Source: Candidatus Saccharimonadota bacterium
GTDB taxonomy: Bacteria; Patescibacteriota; Saccharimonadia; CAILAD01; GCA-016700035
Direction: 5' to 3'
Assembly: GCA_046350755.1 (NCBI GenBank)
Contig: JAXLZV010000001.1
Span: 544,823 to 608,822 of the forward strand
Length of the DNA: 64,000 bases
Below the pieces are notes generated by a model. It saw only the letters and a program-made list of their open reading frames with translations, did no database searches and was not told the origin of the DNA. Every line of letters starts with the position of its first letter. Position 1 is the stretch's first letter. The position numbers and the translations under genes were made by a program. Shown here one piece after another: positions 27,005-39,357 of the stretch.

Positions 27005-27350
27005 GGCTCTTACAACTGAATAAGCTATAGGTATCGAGATTCCCGTTTCGCCAAAGGACCAAGCCTTACGTCCGCGGCAAGCGGTATTTTTTTACCTAAA
27101 AATCCTGACATTTCCTGTCCACTCATCAAGCGCTGAAGACGGCTCCAACCAGAAAACGAGCAGAGTGATGAGCGGATAACGGGACCGCTCAGGGTGGCAA
27201 CAAGCCCTGCTTGTTGCAAGCAATTATTCTCATCACTTCATGGTGCGAAGGTTTTCGAATCTTCCCGTTACCCACCATGAGGGGATGAACCCTCTCACGG
27301 CGCCAGCGACCGTTTCGTTGGAGTACCTCACACAGGAGTGTGGAAACAAT

Positions 27351-27878
27351 ATGTCCAAGACATTGGAAGACAAGTGGGACGACGAGATCGAGCGTTGGAC
27401 CCCCCGCCGCGTCAAGACCTGGGTGTGGGTCCTGATCATCGCCGTCATCCTGTTGCCTGCCGCAGCGTGGGGCATCAGCGTCGCCACCAGTGGCCCGCGT
27501 GGAGCCGGTGACGTCGTGCAGCGTCGCAACGACGCCGATAATCGCATCAGCGCCCAGGCATTCTTCGAGGACACCTACGCCACCATCAAGGCGCAGGACC
27601 TCAAGCTGACCGAAGCGCAGGCCACCCTGGACGACTTCCTGGCCACCACGCCCCAGCCCTCCAGCTCGGACATGGTGCAGGTGCAGCTCTACACGCAGCA
27701 GCTCAAGGCCAAGCAGACGACGGTGACCGGTCTCCAGCAGATCTGTCAGGACGCCGTCGCCAGCTACAACGCCGAAGCGCGGAAGACCATCCGTGCCGAG
27801 TGGCGGGCGGAGGATCTGCCATATCAGATCGACGCAACGTCGACCACCAGCGAGACGGATTGCCAGCCGGCAGCCTGA
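27351..27878 (+). CDS. Membrane-anchored coiled-coil protein (GC-rich)
   Basis: TM helix, FFEDTYATIKAQD...CQDAVASYNAEARK. Confidence 0.7.
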   Translation: MSKTLEDKWDDEIERWTPRRVKTWVWVLIIAVILLPAAAWGISVATSGPRGAGDVVQRRNDADNRISAQAFFEDTYATIKAQDLKLTEAQATLDDFLATTPQPSSSDMVQVQLYTQQLKAKQTTVTGLQQICQDAVASYNAEARKTIRAEWRAEDLPYQIDATSTTSETDCQPAA

Positions 27879-27955
27879 TCGCATCTAGCGCAAGTTTCCA
27901 ACCACAACCCGGGAGGGGGCCTAACAACCCCCTCCCACAAACCAGAAAGAGACAC

Positions 27956-28552
27956 ATGAAGAACCTGAGGAAGTACCTCGTCCTGCCCGTGCTCGTCGCC
28001 TGCATCGGCCTCATCGCCGTTGCCTGCAGCAGTGGTCCGAAGGAGGACTCCGCCCAAGGAGCCACCCAGAAGATCACCGAGGAGTACAGCAAGGCGGCCG
28101 TCGACGCGGTCCCGTACCCCTTGGAAGCCATGAAGGAGGGCGGCTGGCTCGAGCGCATGAACTTGCGTGAGCGCCTGATCCGCTACTCCAAGGCCGACAA
28201 GATCAGCTACATCTACCTCTTCTCGGACCAGGGCCAGCTCCTGGCCAACTACACCGTGAAGGGCAAGGTGAGCAACACCAGCTCACAGATGACCACCTCT
28301 CAGACGGTCAACGACTACTGCGGTTCGGGCAACTACTGCCCGATGGCAATCGATGCCCCGATGGACGATGGCACCTGGGGTCCTTCCGAGGACGCCATCT
28401 TCTTCTTCACCACCGATGGGGTGATGGTACAGTGGCCCGGTCAGTACGTGCTGGCCGACGCCCCGCTGGACCTCACCACCCAGCCGGTGTTGGTGTACAG
28501 CACGGGCTCCAAGCCCAGCTCCGTCGCCGACGAAAAGCAATACGGCGGCTGA
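27956..28552 (+). CDS. Lipoprotein (GC-rich)
   Basis: Lipobox IAVAC; LERMNLRERL, KGKVS, DDGTWG, IFFFT. Confidence 0.7.
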   Translation: MKNLRKYLVLPVLVACIGLIAVACSSGPKEDSAQGATQKITEEYSKAAVDAVPYPLEAMKEGGWLERMNLRERLIRYSKADKISYIYLFSDQGQLLANYTVKGKVSNTSSQMTTSQTVNDYCGSGNYCPMAIDAPMDDGTWGPSEDAIFFFTTDGVMVQWPGQYVLADAPLDLTTQPVLVYSTGSKPSSVADEKQYGG

Positions 28553-28624
28553 CGCTGCTCTTTCAGCGAGGGGGTCTTCGGGTCCCCTCGCACACCCTCG
28601 CTACGGCGGGGGTATTTTTATTGA

Positions 28625-31600
28625 TTATTCGTGCGGTCGGCGTGACAAGAGGTAGATTGCCCCACCGAGAATGCACAGCCCAATCGTGCCGAACCAAACC
28701 CATGCCGGCAGATTCAGGATGGCTCCAGCAGTTTTATAGAGCGTAATAATTACTAGAGTGGCGATGCCCCAGGTACGTACCAGCGCATAGTGGGTGGCGA
28801 GGCCAAATAGCAGAATGGCGATTCCTAGGCCGAGAATGCCTAATACGTAGCCACCAGTCTGATCACCGAGAGCTTGGAAGGCTAACGGTACGGTGGCAAA
28901 GCCTAGCGCCGTGGCAGTCATGATGTCTTGGGCCTGCTTCTCGCCACGCTGCCATTGACGGTAGGCGAGCGCTCCGAAGTAGACGGCTGTAGTTTGCATG
29001 TAGGCCTGTGAGTTCGTGATATGAGCTACGTTGTAGGCCTGAAGGGTGGTGAGCCAAATTACCACTGAGCTAGCATATTTGGCGAAGCGGTTCTCTAGCT
29101 TGAAGCTTTCGGCCATCGATAGTGAACCAGCGGTGTAGTTTTGTAAAACGGGCAGCCAAGTTGGCAGGCTGTTGGCAGAATTTGTCATCAGCGTAACGTA
29201 GCTACCGATGACACCACTCCATCGTGCCAGCTTGGCGCGATCGCCAGTGGTGACGCTACCGAAGCCATAAAGAGCTAAGGCGGTGACCAGTAGAGTCGGG
29301 CTGATCCAGAGATTGGTAACGCGCGCTAGCTGGAGCGACCACCCAAGGAGGGCAATGAAGGCGATGGCGCTGGCGATTCGCTCATCTTCCAAAAAGCTGA
29401 GGGCAAACACCATGATGACGGGAAGTGCCATAACGACTAGTAAGCTGAGTTTTGTATCACTAAAGCCGACTAAGTAAGTGAGCGTCAGACCAATGCCGTA
29501 GAGTACGGCCATTGACTGTGACTCTTTAGCTAGCCATTGGGTGAAATGTTTTGTGAGGTAGATAATGAGCGCCACTCCGAAGATCATCAGACTTATCCAA
29601 GCCACATCGAGCTGGAGTTGAAGGCCAAGCCAGCCGGTAGCGATGTATACCGCCAGTGCCCCGAGTGAGAACACAGGAGCGCTTTTCTCACGCCAGCCCA
29701 GCCCGGCCATGACAACCCCAATACCGAGCATCATTGCCTTGCTCGGTATTCCGGTGGCAAAACCGGCCCAACCATAGGCTAGACTCAGATTGACGAACGT
29801 AAGCAGCAGCACACTGTCACGATCTTTAGCGAACTGTGGTAACCATTTGAGGACATATAAAGTAACGGCGACTACCGAGATGCCAAGCGCTATCCAGGAT
29901 CCTGACCAGCCTGAGCGCAGACCCAAAGCAATGACAGCGACATTCCAGGCTATGGCCGTACCAACCAGAAAAGCTCGAGGACCGGTTAGCGCCAAGTAGA
30001 GCGCCACCGCACCGCCGATTACCGCCAAGAGAGCAGGCCAGTAGGTGGATGTTCCCACCAAGGCACCGAACACTGCCCAGGTGGCCCAGAAGCTGACAAA
30101 ACCGCGCGTCAGTACTGTCAGGCGGGGGTGTTGAGCGAGTTGTCGAGCTTGCACGGTAATGACTGCACCGATCACACCCATGATGCTAAAGATAAGTGAC
30201 TGATGCTCTACGCTGAGCTGGGGCTGGAAGATTGTTTGTGCGATGAAGAGCGGCGTAATGGTAAGGCTGATTAAGAAGAGGCCGTAGCTCAAGGCCTTAC
30301 GCGTCAAGAGATAGTGGATGGCGTGAAAGAGGGTGCAGCCAATGAGTATCCAGCCAAGGGTGGCGCCACGATCTATGACCAGAATAGGAATGAGTACCAT
30401 GAGGACGGCACTCACTACCTCATAGATGATCTGGTGACGCTCGTGAAGGGCGAATTTCTCTGCCATTACATAGGTGGTGGCGATGACGGCCAGGATGGCG
30501 ACCACAGCTAAAACGGGAACCCGGCGCTCCAACAGGGTCAAGCCTAGGCCAAGCGGGAATATGCCGACGGCCAGCCAGAGGTATCTCTGGCTGGCGTCAC
30601 TGGCATCGAAGTCTTCGAGGGCGGCACACATCAGATAGAAGGCGGCGGTGAGTATCAGCTGAACGCCAACGTTCCAGAGCCCAAATCTTTGAAGTCCAAT
30701 AAACGCCAGTAAGACCGAGATAGGCACGAATATTTGGGCGGTGACGGTAAGTGGCTGACTAACCTGTTTGTCACTGATGTATTTGGCAGCCACGGCGTAG
30801 AGCATACTGGTGCCGAGCATCACCCAGCCGTACCAGTAGAGTGATGCATTGCTGGTGGCGGTAATTGATTGGAATAGCGAGATAGTCGTGAGGGCCGCGA
30901 AGTAGGCGATATAGGTTTTGCGAATGAGCAAAAAGGCCGTAACTTGCATGATGAGCATAACAGCGGTAGTTACGAGCCAGAGGGGACCAACGTTTTTGCC
31001 GGCAAAAAGGAGGCTTTGGGCAGCTACCCCGACTAGCGGGGCTAGCAAGAGACCGATGGCCGTAAAAGTCACTCCAGCTGGCTTGATTTTGTCGGTGAAC
31101 CGGTACAGTCCGATGCCGGTGAGATAAAAAGCGGCAGTGAATAGAGCCATGATGAATACCTGGCCACCGGGTGTGATGGATTGATAGGTGCTGCCGACAA
31201 AGATACCAGCGGCGATGACGACGAAGAAGGCACCAAGATACAGGAGAATATTGATATTTTGCAGGGCTTTGAGGCCGCGCTCCGAAAGCGGGACGGGTGG
31301 TGGGCCAGCGGGTTTCGGTGGGGTTGGTGGCGCTGCCGGTACGGGAGCAGCATTGGCCGGTGCTTGACTGGCGATTGTCTTGGTGGTGGTAGCGTTCAGA
31401 GATTTGCGGTAAGCCGCTCGACTAATCAAGTAGTGCAGGTTGTGCCGCAGGGAGTAAGCAGCTCGCTCCAAGGTATCTCGTTCGACCGGATCGTGAGCAT
31501 TACGCGCCATATCATCAAGTAGTGTGGCGGAGGTATCCTCGATGACTGGCGGATTTGGCGTAGTCTGAGCGAGGTTGGCCGGCCGGCCGGCATTGATGAC

Positions 31601-31741
31601 CTCTTGGCTATACAGGAGTGAGCTTTTGCCACCAGTCTTCCGATTGTGTCGGACGATCAGTATCACGATAATAATCACCCATACCAATGGGTTGAAGGCG
31701 AGGGCAAGCAGGACTACGAATATGGCGCCGAGGATTTCCAT
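28625..31741 (-). CDS. Very large polytopic membrane protein (DUF2157-like)
   Basis: NINILLYLGAFFVVIAA followed by many TM helices. Confidence 0.65.
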   Translation of the reverse strand: MEILGAIFVVLLALAFNPLVWVIIIVILIVRHNRKTGGKSSLLYSQEVINAGRPANLAQTTPNPPVIEDTSATLLDDMARNAHDPVERDTLERAAYSLRHNLHYLISRAAYRKSLNATTTKTIASQAPANAAPVPAAPPTPPKPAGPPPVPLSERGLKALQNINILLYLGAFFVVIAAGIFVGSTYQSITPGGQVFIMALFTAAFYLTGIGLYRFTDKIKPAGVTFTAIGLLLAPLVGVAAQSLLFAGKNVGPLWLVTTAVMLIMQVTAFLLIRKTYIAYFAALTTISLFQSITATSNASLYWYGWVMLGTSMLYAVAAKYISDKQVSQPLTVTAQIFVPISVLLAFIGLQRFGLWNVGVQLILTAAFYLMCAALEDFDASDASQRYLWLAVGIFPLGLGLTLLERRVPVLAVVAILAVIATTYVMAEKFALHERHQIIYEVVSAVLMVLIPILVIDRGATLGWILIGCTLFHAIHYLLTRKALSYGLFLISLTITPLFIAQTIFQPQLSVEHQSLIFSIMGVIGAVITVQARQLAQHPRLTVLTRGFVSFWATWAVFGALVGTSTYWPALLAVIGGAVALYLALTGPRAFLVGTAIAWNVAVIALGLRSGWSGSWIALGISVVAVTLYVLKWLPQFAKDRDSVLLLTFVNLSLAYGWAGFATGIPSKAMMLGIGVVMAGLGWREKSAPVFSLGALAVYIATGWLGLQLQLDVAWISLMIFGVALIIYLTKHFTQWLAKESQSMAVLYGIGLTLTYLVGFSDTKLSLLVVMALPVIMVFALSFLEDERIASAIAFIALLGWSLQLARVTNLWISPTLLVTALALYGFGSVTTGDRAKLARWSGVIGSYVTLMTNSANSLPTWLPVLQNYTAGSLSMAESFKLENRFAKYASSVVIWLTTLQAYNVAHITNSQAYMQTTAVYFGALAYRQWQRGEKQAQDIMTATALGFATVPLAFQALGDQTGGYVLGILGLGIAILLFGLATHYALVRTWGIATLVIITLYKTAGAILNLPAWVWFGTIGLCILGGAIYLLSRRPHE

Positions 31742-31808
31742 GAGGATTGTTCCTAGTCTACCCGAGTGCTTTAGGAGGGTCAAAGAACTTACGCTTCACA
31801 AGTACGAC

Positions 31809-31868
31809 TTGACGCTGCTTCTCGGAGTTTCTATACTGAAATTAGCACTCAACTATTGAGAGTGCTAA
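31809..31868 (+). promoter_or_regulatory. groESL promoter with CIRCE (HrcA operator)
   Basis: TTGACG-N17-TATACT then perfect TTAGCACTC-N9-GAGTGCTAA at 31842-31868. Confidence 0.95.
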
Positions 31869-31951
31869 TGCTTTCTCTAGCTACTGAAGATATAGAGCGG
31901 CATTAACATTTTTACTAGTCAGAGTAATAACGTAAGTGAAAGAGGTGTTGA

Positions 31952-33849
<1,898 letters not shown>

Positions 33850-33953
33850 TATCGCCGTACTTGCCGAAAAAAGCCCTGGATACTTGGGGCTTTTTTCATT
33901 AAAAAAATTGGCCCCCACGCCATTGTGGGGGCCGAAGAGTGCAAGTGGTCTGA

Positions 33954-34646
33954 TCAGGACACTGGGTTGGCGAGGCCTTTCATCTTTCTGATGTGACGAA
34001 CCAGCTCTTGCCAGCGCACGCGGTGGCTTTCGCCACCATAGGTGTTTGCTAGCCAGCGCACTCGGTCGAAATAGCTATCGAGATTTTCAAGTTCCTCTAG
34101 GTTTCCCTGTTCCACCAAGGCTGCCGTGAAGTGCAGCCCATTGTAGAGCTCGTAGTGACGGTTATCGCCTCGCTGCAGAAGTTTGGCTGCAGTGCCGAAC
34201 AACTCGAGGGCTTCGTGCGTCTTGCCCTTGGCGATCAGGATGCGAGCCTTGAAGCCAAGGCTGATGCCGCGCTCCGGCAGATCGTCGAGCGGGATGTACT
34301 CCAGTGATCGGTCGATCTGTACTTCTGCCGGATTTAGGTTGCCATCGATCAGGTACGACCTGGAGAGGTCGCGATCAATGGCCGCCCAACGTCGTTGGTC
34401 GGGACGCATATCGAGGGCTTTGCGCAGATGCGATCGAGCCTCTTCGGTTTTGCCGATACCGAGTAGGGCAACACCCCACATGTGGTGGAGGCTAATTCGT
34501 TGCTCAGCCGTGATTGCCAGTCCGAGTCGTTCGATCTCGGTATAGCGGTCGACAGCTTGTTCGTTGAGGTCAGTGCTGCGCAGGATCTCTGCGCTGGCGA
34601 ACATCGTATCGAATGACAGCTCGTTAGTCATGGGCATGGCTTTCAT
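33954..34646 (-). CDS. TPR-like helical hypothetical protein
   Basis: Helical repeats (GVALLGIGKTEEARSHLRKAL); own promoter and terminator. Confidence 0.6.
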   Translation of the reverse strand: MKAMPMTNELSFDTMFASAEILRSTDLNEQAVDRYTEIERLGLAITAEQRISLHHMWGVALLGIGKTEEARSHLRKALDMRPDQRRWAAIDRDLSRSYLIDGNLNPAEVQIDRSLEYIPLDDLPERGISLGFKARILIAKGKTHEALELFGTAAKLLQRGDNRHYELYNGLHFTAALVEQGNLEELENLDSYFDRVRWLANTYGGESHRVRWQELVRHIRKMKGLANPVS

Positions 34647-34795
34647 GTCGAAGGTGCGAATGGGCCTGATATTACAATAATCACTGAAAACCGTCAATGT
34701 ATTTATGATGCTTATCCTTGAAGAAAACCAGATCTGATTATAAAATAGCGCGGTTACGTCAAATGTGACAGGAAACTTGAAAAGAAAGCAGGACC

Positions 34796-36853
34796 ATGCC
34801 GCGAACTGGTTTGGAGTCGGAAGAAGCCTATTGGGATGACTTGGCCTCCCGCCTGCGGGAAGTGCTGGATCGCTTTCGGGCACCCATGTCTGCTGAGGTT
34901 GAGGTCAAATACCTCGGCTACATCGTGGAGTGGCTGGAAACCACAGAAGCCCATTACCAGGGCACAGACGATTCGTTGTTTGGTTGTGATCCGAGCGGCT
35001 TGCCGTACGTGGCAATCGAGCGATCAACAGCCGGTGCAAAAACCGCGGCTCGAAGTGACCGCAATCGGGTCAGCTTTGAGCCGGAACACATCCGTCGAGC
35101 GCGCCATGCGCTGACGGCGGAAATTATGTTCTTCGGTCGGTCGCTGATTGAAGCTGGTAAGCAAGCCTTGCCGGTCGAAGCTGTGATGGCTGCCCATAAT
35201 GCCAAACACTCCACGAAGCTCGGTCAGTTCTGGGATGCCGCTAAAGATGCCCGCTACGCCATGGATTTTGATCGCTGGGCCAAACGCCATCCGCTGCTCC
35301 GTACCGTTGAGGACGAGCAGGGGGCTGCCTTTGAGGCTGGCGGTGAACGACATGAGATGTCGGCGACGATGGTGTTGCCACACGTTTTCGGTCGCTATCC
35401 TGATTCACCGATGCGGCCAAACTGCCTCGGAGCGGCCATTCTGGCTGCCTCCTGGTGTGATTTGGCTGGCATCGAAAACTTCGTCTACGCCAGCTTGGTG
35501 CAATCTGATGAAGAGTATCACTGGACGCGCCTGAGCCAGATCTGGCGACGCATCTTATCGTTTCTCGAAGCCCGCGACTTTGAGCTTGATCAAGAAGTTG
35601 ATCACCACCTGCGTGAAGATATCGAAACGGCCGAGCAGATCGCTCGTGACGAGGTATTGCATGCCTCGCTCGATCCGCACGCCTGTGTGGTCTTCAGCTA
35701 CTCGGCGGGTCGTTGGATGGTGATGGATAATTGGCTACATAAGCGCTATCACCTTGGTTCAAGCAATGACGATACGCCAGCAGGGGTATATAACCCCACG
35801 ATGGATGATGTCGTTGATGCTCTGAATGACTTCTCCCCTGAGCCAGGTTTGACCATAGGTCGTCGGGCTTGGGGGTTGGACTCAGACTGGCGTTTGCTCG
35901 AGCATCAGCTCGATGATGCCTTCGTGCTGACCGAAGCCTTGATGGCGGCTTACGCTAGCTACGATCCAACCAGCGCAATTGATTCGCTGGAGGCCTACTT
36001 GTGGCACTTGATCAAGGCAATACGCGTGGTGGAGTATCACGGCAGCTTCTTTGACTGGAAGCTTGATGAAGCCATGGTTAGCACTGAGCGGATTGCCAAA
36101 TTGGATCCGCAAGGCTGGGCGATGTATGGGATGATGATTCATCACATGGCTTACCGCTACGGTTTTGCCGAGAATATTCCCGAAGAGGAGCTGCCGGCGT
36201 TTGTCGACAGTCTCTACGCCAGCTATCAGCATGATACTGAGACTGCTGAGCGCATGCGGCGGGACTTGGTGTTGATGCCTCTGCGAGAAAGTATGTCGCA
36301 GGTGTCAGTGCATCATCGGGTGTTGAGCAGCTACAAAAAAAGCAAACCGATCTCCGCGCAGCCGGTGCTGGAGTTTGGCCGAGCCACCATCCAGCTCGGT
36401 TGTGCGGCTCTGGCTCATCTGATCGCCTGGGACGACTGGACCGGTGCGCGTCTGCGGTTGGCGGACTTGCTGCACTTCACGACCAGTCAGGCGATTGCCT
36501 ACGACGCGATTACTGAGCTGCATCACGAGGCCGAGGAGTCTGATATCACGGAGCCATACGTTTTGAGCGAGGAGCTCCTGCCAGCGCAAGCCGATACTTT
36601 GAGCTTTGCTCGGTGGCTTATGCAAGCTGGACGTGATGCGGATAATCTGCTAGCATTCCCAGGTGATGTTGATCTCAAGGGGCCGCAAGCAGCAGCTGTC
36701 TTGCGAGCCTGGGAGTATCTCCAGAACATGCCACAATCATTGCGGCATCGCCAGGCAACTCAATTGCTCAATCGCATTCAGCAAGCCTCCACTCGTCAGC
36801 CGATGGGTGGTCAAATTCTCATCACCAGAGAAAGGATAGCGCATGGCGCGTAA
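34796..36853 (+). CDS. Large hypothetical protein (possible Cys-His-Asp transglutaminase-like motifs)
   Basis: 685-aa ORF; NCLGAA...HACVV...WMVMD. Confidence 0.6.
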   Translation: MPRTGLESEEAYWDDLASRLREVLDRFRAPMSAEVEVKYLGYIVEWLETTEAHYQGTDDSLFGCDPSGLPYVAIERSTAGAKTAARSDRNRVSFEPEHIRRARHALTAEIMFFGRSLIEAGKQALPVEAVMAAHNAKHSTKLGQFWDAAKDARYAMDFDRWAKRHPLLRTVEDEQGAAFEAGGERHEMSATMVLPHVFGRYPDSPMRPNCLGAAILAASWCDLAGIENFVYASLVQSDEEYHWTRLSQIWRRILSFLEARDFELDQEVDHHLREDIETAEQIARDEVLHASLDPHACVVFSYSAGRWMVMDNWLHKRYHLGSSNDDTPAGVYNPTMDDVVDALNDFSPEPGLTIGRRAWGLDSDWRLLEHQLDDAFVLTEALMAAYASYDPTSAIDSLEAYLWHLIKAIRVVEYHGSFFDWKLDEAMVSTERIAKLDPQGWAMYGMMIHHMAYRYGFAENIPEEELPAFVDSLYASYQHDTETAERMRRDLVLMPLRESMSQVSVHHRVLSSYKKSKPISAQPVLEFGRATIQLGCAALAHLIAWDDWTGARLRLADLLHFTTSQAIAYDAITELHHEAEESDITEPYVLSEELLPAQADTLSFARWLMQAGRDADNLLAFPGDVDLKGPQAAAVLRAWEYLQNMPQSLRHRQATQLLNRIQQASTRQPMGGQILITRERIAHGA

Positions 36854-37085
36854 GAAAGCCGATGCCAAGCAAGCAGCTGAGATCCTCAAGCTGCGCGATG
36901 CGGGGTGGTCTGATCAGAAGATCATCGCCGAGAAAGGGAAGGGTGACATCGCCCTTGGCTACCTGTGGCTCGAAGAGAACCCAGGTGCCGACCCGCGCGG
37001 CAAACCTGCCGCCTCAGCGGCCGCCAAGCCAGCGCGCGGTTCCGGCAGCCGCCGGACACCCGAGCGCACTTCCGCGTTGATCTAA
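36843..37085 (+). CDS. Small basic hypothetical protein
   Basis: SD AAGGA, overlap with upstream ORF, terminator 37095-37129. Confidence 0.6.
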   Translation: MARKKADAKQAAEILKLRDAGWSDQKIIAEKGKGDIALGYLWLEENPGADPRGKPAASAAAKPARGSGSRRTPERTSALI

Positions 37086-37145
37086 CGCAACTAGCCTCGT
37101 TACCGAGCAATCGGTGGCGAGGATTTTTTATGTTACGCTTATGGT

Positions 37146-38093
37146 ATGGAACAGGCCCCTCAACCAAGTTCTCCCGAGATGGAGCGGCATACAGAGTATA
37201 AATTGCTGACGGCAGAGAATTATCTTGAATTAATCACCGATCGTCAGGGTGTGATGCCGACTGATACGATCGCTCGCGGAGACAGCGAAGGTATGCGCGC
37301 CAAATACGTTGAAAATACTGAAAAGCTTATCGACGTCATACGGCATGGCTTTGCGAATGAGGGCGGTCCCGAGCATGACTCAGCAGATGTGGTATTTTAT
37401 CTCGATAAATCGGCTCGACCAGTGTATTGGCTGACAGATGCACTATGGGATGTTTTTGCTGATAAACGGGCGACACCGAGGCCGGCGACGCACTTTTTAA
37501 ATCTACACGCTCAAGAAGGTCCGGCCGGAGGGCGCCCGACGAGAGAGGATATGATCCGTGAGGTTGAAGCTGGCATCTATGATGGCTATATCGCCACGAT
37601 GCGTGATGTCTATCCAGATATGGCACACAAGAATCTGCTAGTCGTTGATGAAGTCAGCGTGAGCGGTTCGACTGAGGAGCTGGCCTATCAGATCTTTCGG
37701 CGGGCTTTCCCTGATGCTCACATCAAATCGGCGGCCTGGATGCAAGCTGGCAAGCGTGAAGATCGACAGGGTAATTCGTATCCAACAGAGATCCCGGTTT
37801 GGTATAAGAAATCTTCAGATTCAGGGCGCGGTGTATCTGGAGTCAATCTGGAAAAATCTCAATCATCCGGCAGCTCTGCCCAACGCCAGGGTGCCGAGAT
37901 ATTATCGACTCGACCAGATAAGCCAGATCTGGAGTCTTTGCAGCTGAGAAAAGAGATTCGTCAGCTGGCACGAGATGTGTCAAATGGTGATCAGCCGATA
38001 ATACCGGTACATATGGATGATCTTGAGAGATATGAAGGTATGAAGATTCGATCTGTGAATCACGCCTCGGCGCCTCGATCATTAGTGCAATAA
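37146..38093 (+). CDS. PRTase-fold hypothetical protein
   Basis: YLDKSARPV...LLVVDEVSVSGST PRPP-loop-like. Confidence 0.6.
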   Translation: MEQAPQPSSPEMERHTEYKLLTAENYLELITDRQGVMPTDTIARGDSEGMRAKYVENTEKLIDVIRHGFANEGGPEHDSADVVFYLDKSARPVYWLTDALWDVFADKRATPRPATHFLNLHAQEGPAGGRPTREDMIREVEAGIYDGYIATMRDVYPDMAHKNLLVVDEVSVSGSTEELAYQIFRRAFPDAHIKSAAWMQAGKREDRQGNSYPTEIPVWYKKSSDSGRGVSGVNLEKSQSSGSSAQRQGAEILSTRPDKPDLESLQLRKEIRQLARDVSNGDQPIIPVHMDDLERYEGMKIRSVNHASAPRSLVQ

Positions 38094-38299
38094 AAGCAAG
38101 CTCATATATATTGACATAAATCTTATATTATGTTAGTATAGTCATCTTGATATTCCCAGTGAGTATCGAGTGTATTTTTTGACAAAACGTTTGGAACGGT
38201 CTTCGGATATCTGTGGCCTATCTGTTAGCCAGATTAGCTCTAGATATCCGAAGACCAGGTTGGTCTTCGGTATACCTGTCCCAGGAGGACATTTTACCC

Positions 38300-39070
38300 A
38301 TGAGTTCCACCGAGACCACCAGCCCCAAGTTCACCGCCCCGATCCTGTTCCAGGATCTCCCGACGCTCTTCCAGCAGGAGGAGATCTTCACCGGTCACAG
38401 CCAGGCCGAGAACTGGTTGCGGCAGTTCGGCTCCGAGGTCCTCAAGGACCCCGCGCTGGACATCGTCCACAACCTCATCACCGCCACGAGTGACGATCGC
38501 CGCAACCGCGGTCTGATCACGCTCGAGCGGGCCATCCTGGCCCAGGCCGCCTGGCTCCAGCTCTTCGACCTGATGGCTCCGGCCGGCCGCTTCATGAAGC
38601 TCAAGGAGCTGACTGATGCGGTGCGGTCGAACGAGGCCACGCCGGAGGAGCATGCCGCCGCCAAGGAGGCCGTGCTCGCCGCCTACGTGGAGTACTCCGA
38701 GCGCAAGCAGGAGGTGGATCCGCTCATCGCCAAGATCGTCGATCTGGCGAGCGAGACCGAGTTCATCTTCTCCGCGCGCACCGGAGCCATCATCGGCACC
38801 GGCAACCGCCCCATGGGTCTCTTCCCGTGGCAGGTGGCTGTCCTCGATGCCGTCCTGGACGACAAGGGGGCCCGTGAGGCGCCCAAGTCCCTCCGCTTGA
38901 CCGCGGAGCGCCTGGAGTTCCTCTCCAGGGTCCACTTCGGTGAGCTGCCGTCCCGCAACGGTGCCGGCCGCTCGAAGAAGAGCAGCAAGACGCCCAAGCA
39001 GGCTGCCCGCGCCGAGCGGGACCGTCAGGAGCGCAACAAGCGCCGCGGTCCCGGTAAGGGCAAGGGCTAG
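38300..39070 (+). CDS. Hypothetical GC-rich protein with basic C-tail
   Basis: SD AGGAGG; promoter TTGACA-N17-TAGTAT at 38111-38139. Confidence 0.7.
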   Translation: MSSTETTSPKFTAPILFQDLPTLFQQEEIFTGHSQAENWLRQFGSEVLKDPALDIVHNLITATSDDRRNRGLITLERAILAQAAWLQLFDLMAPAGRFMKLKELTDAVRSNEATPEEHAAAKEAVLAAYVEYSERKQEVDPLIAKIVDLASETEFIFSARTGAIIGTGNRPMGLFPWQVAVLDAVLDDKGAREAPKSLRLTAERLEFLSRVHFGELPSRNGAGRSKKSSKTPKQAARAERDRQERNKRRGPGKGKG

Positions 39071-39357
39071 TCAGCCACATTCGGCGGGAACCGGCCGCGA
39101 GGCCGGGGAGGTTCGTGAAATCTTTTCACGTTCGGATTTATTGGCCGCGCCCAACTCGCGCGCCGATATGATCTTACTCCCCGGTCTCAGACCCTCAATC
39201 GAGGAAATTCCAAACGTTTTGTCCTCTCCCAGAAAGTTTGCTATCATACGAACTCTGTGGGAGGGCGTGAAAACGGACCATTGGTCCGAGACAACGTTCT
39301 CTTTTCAGTTTTTCAGCACCTTCAATATCCCTGACTACCCCCAGAGAGAGGAGGGAG

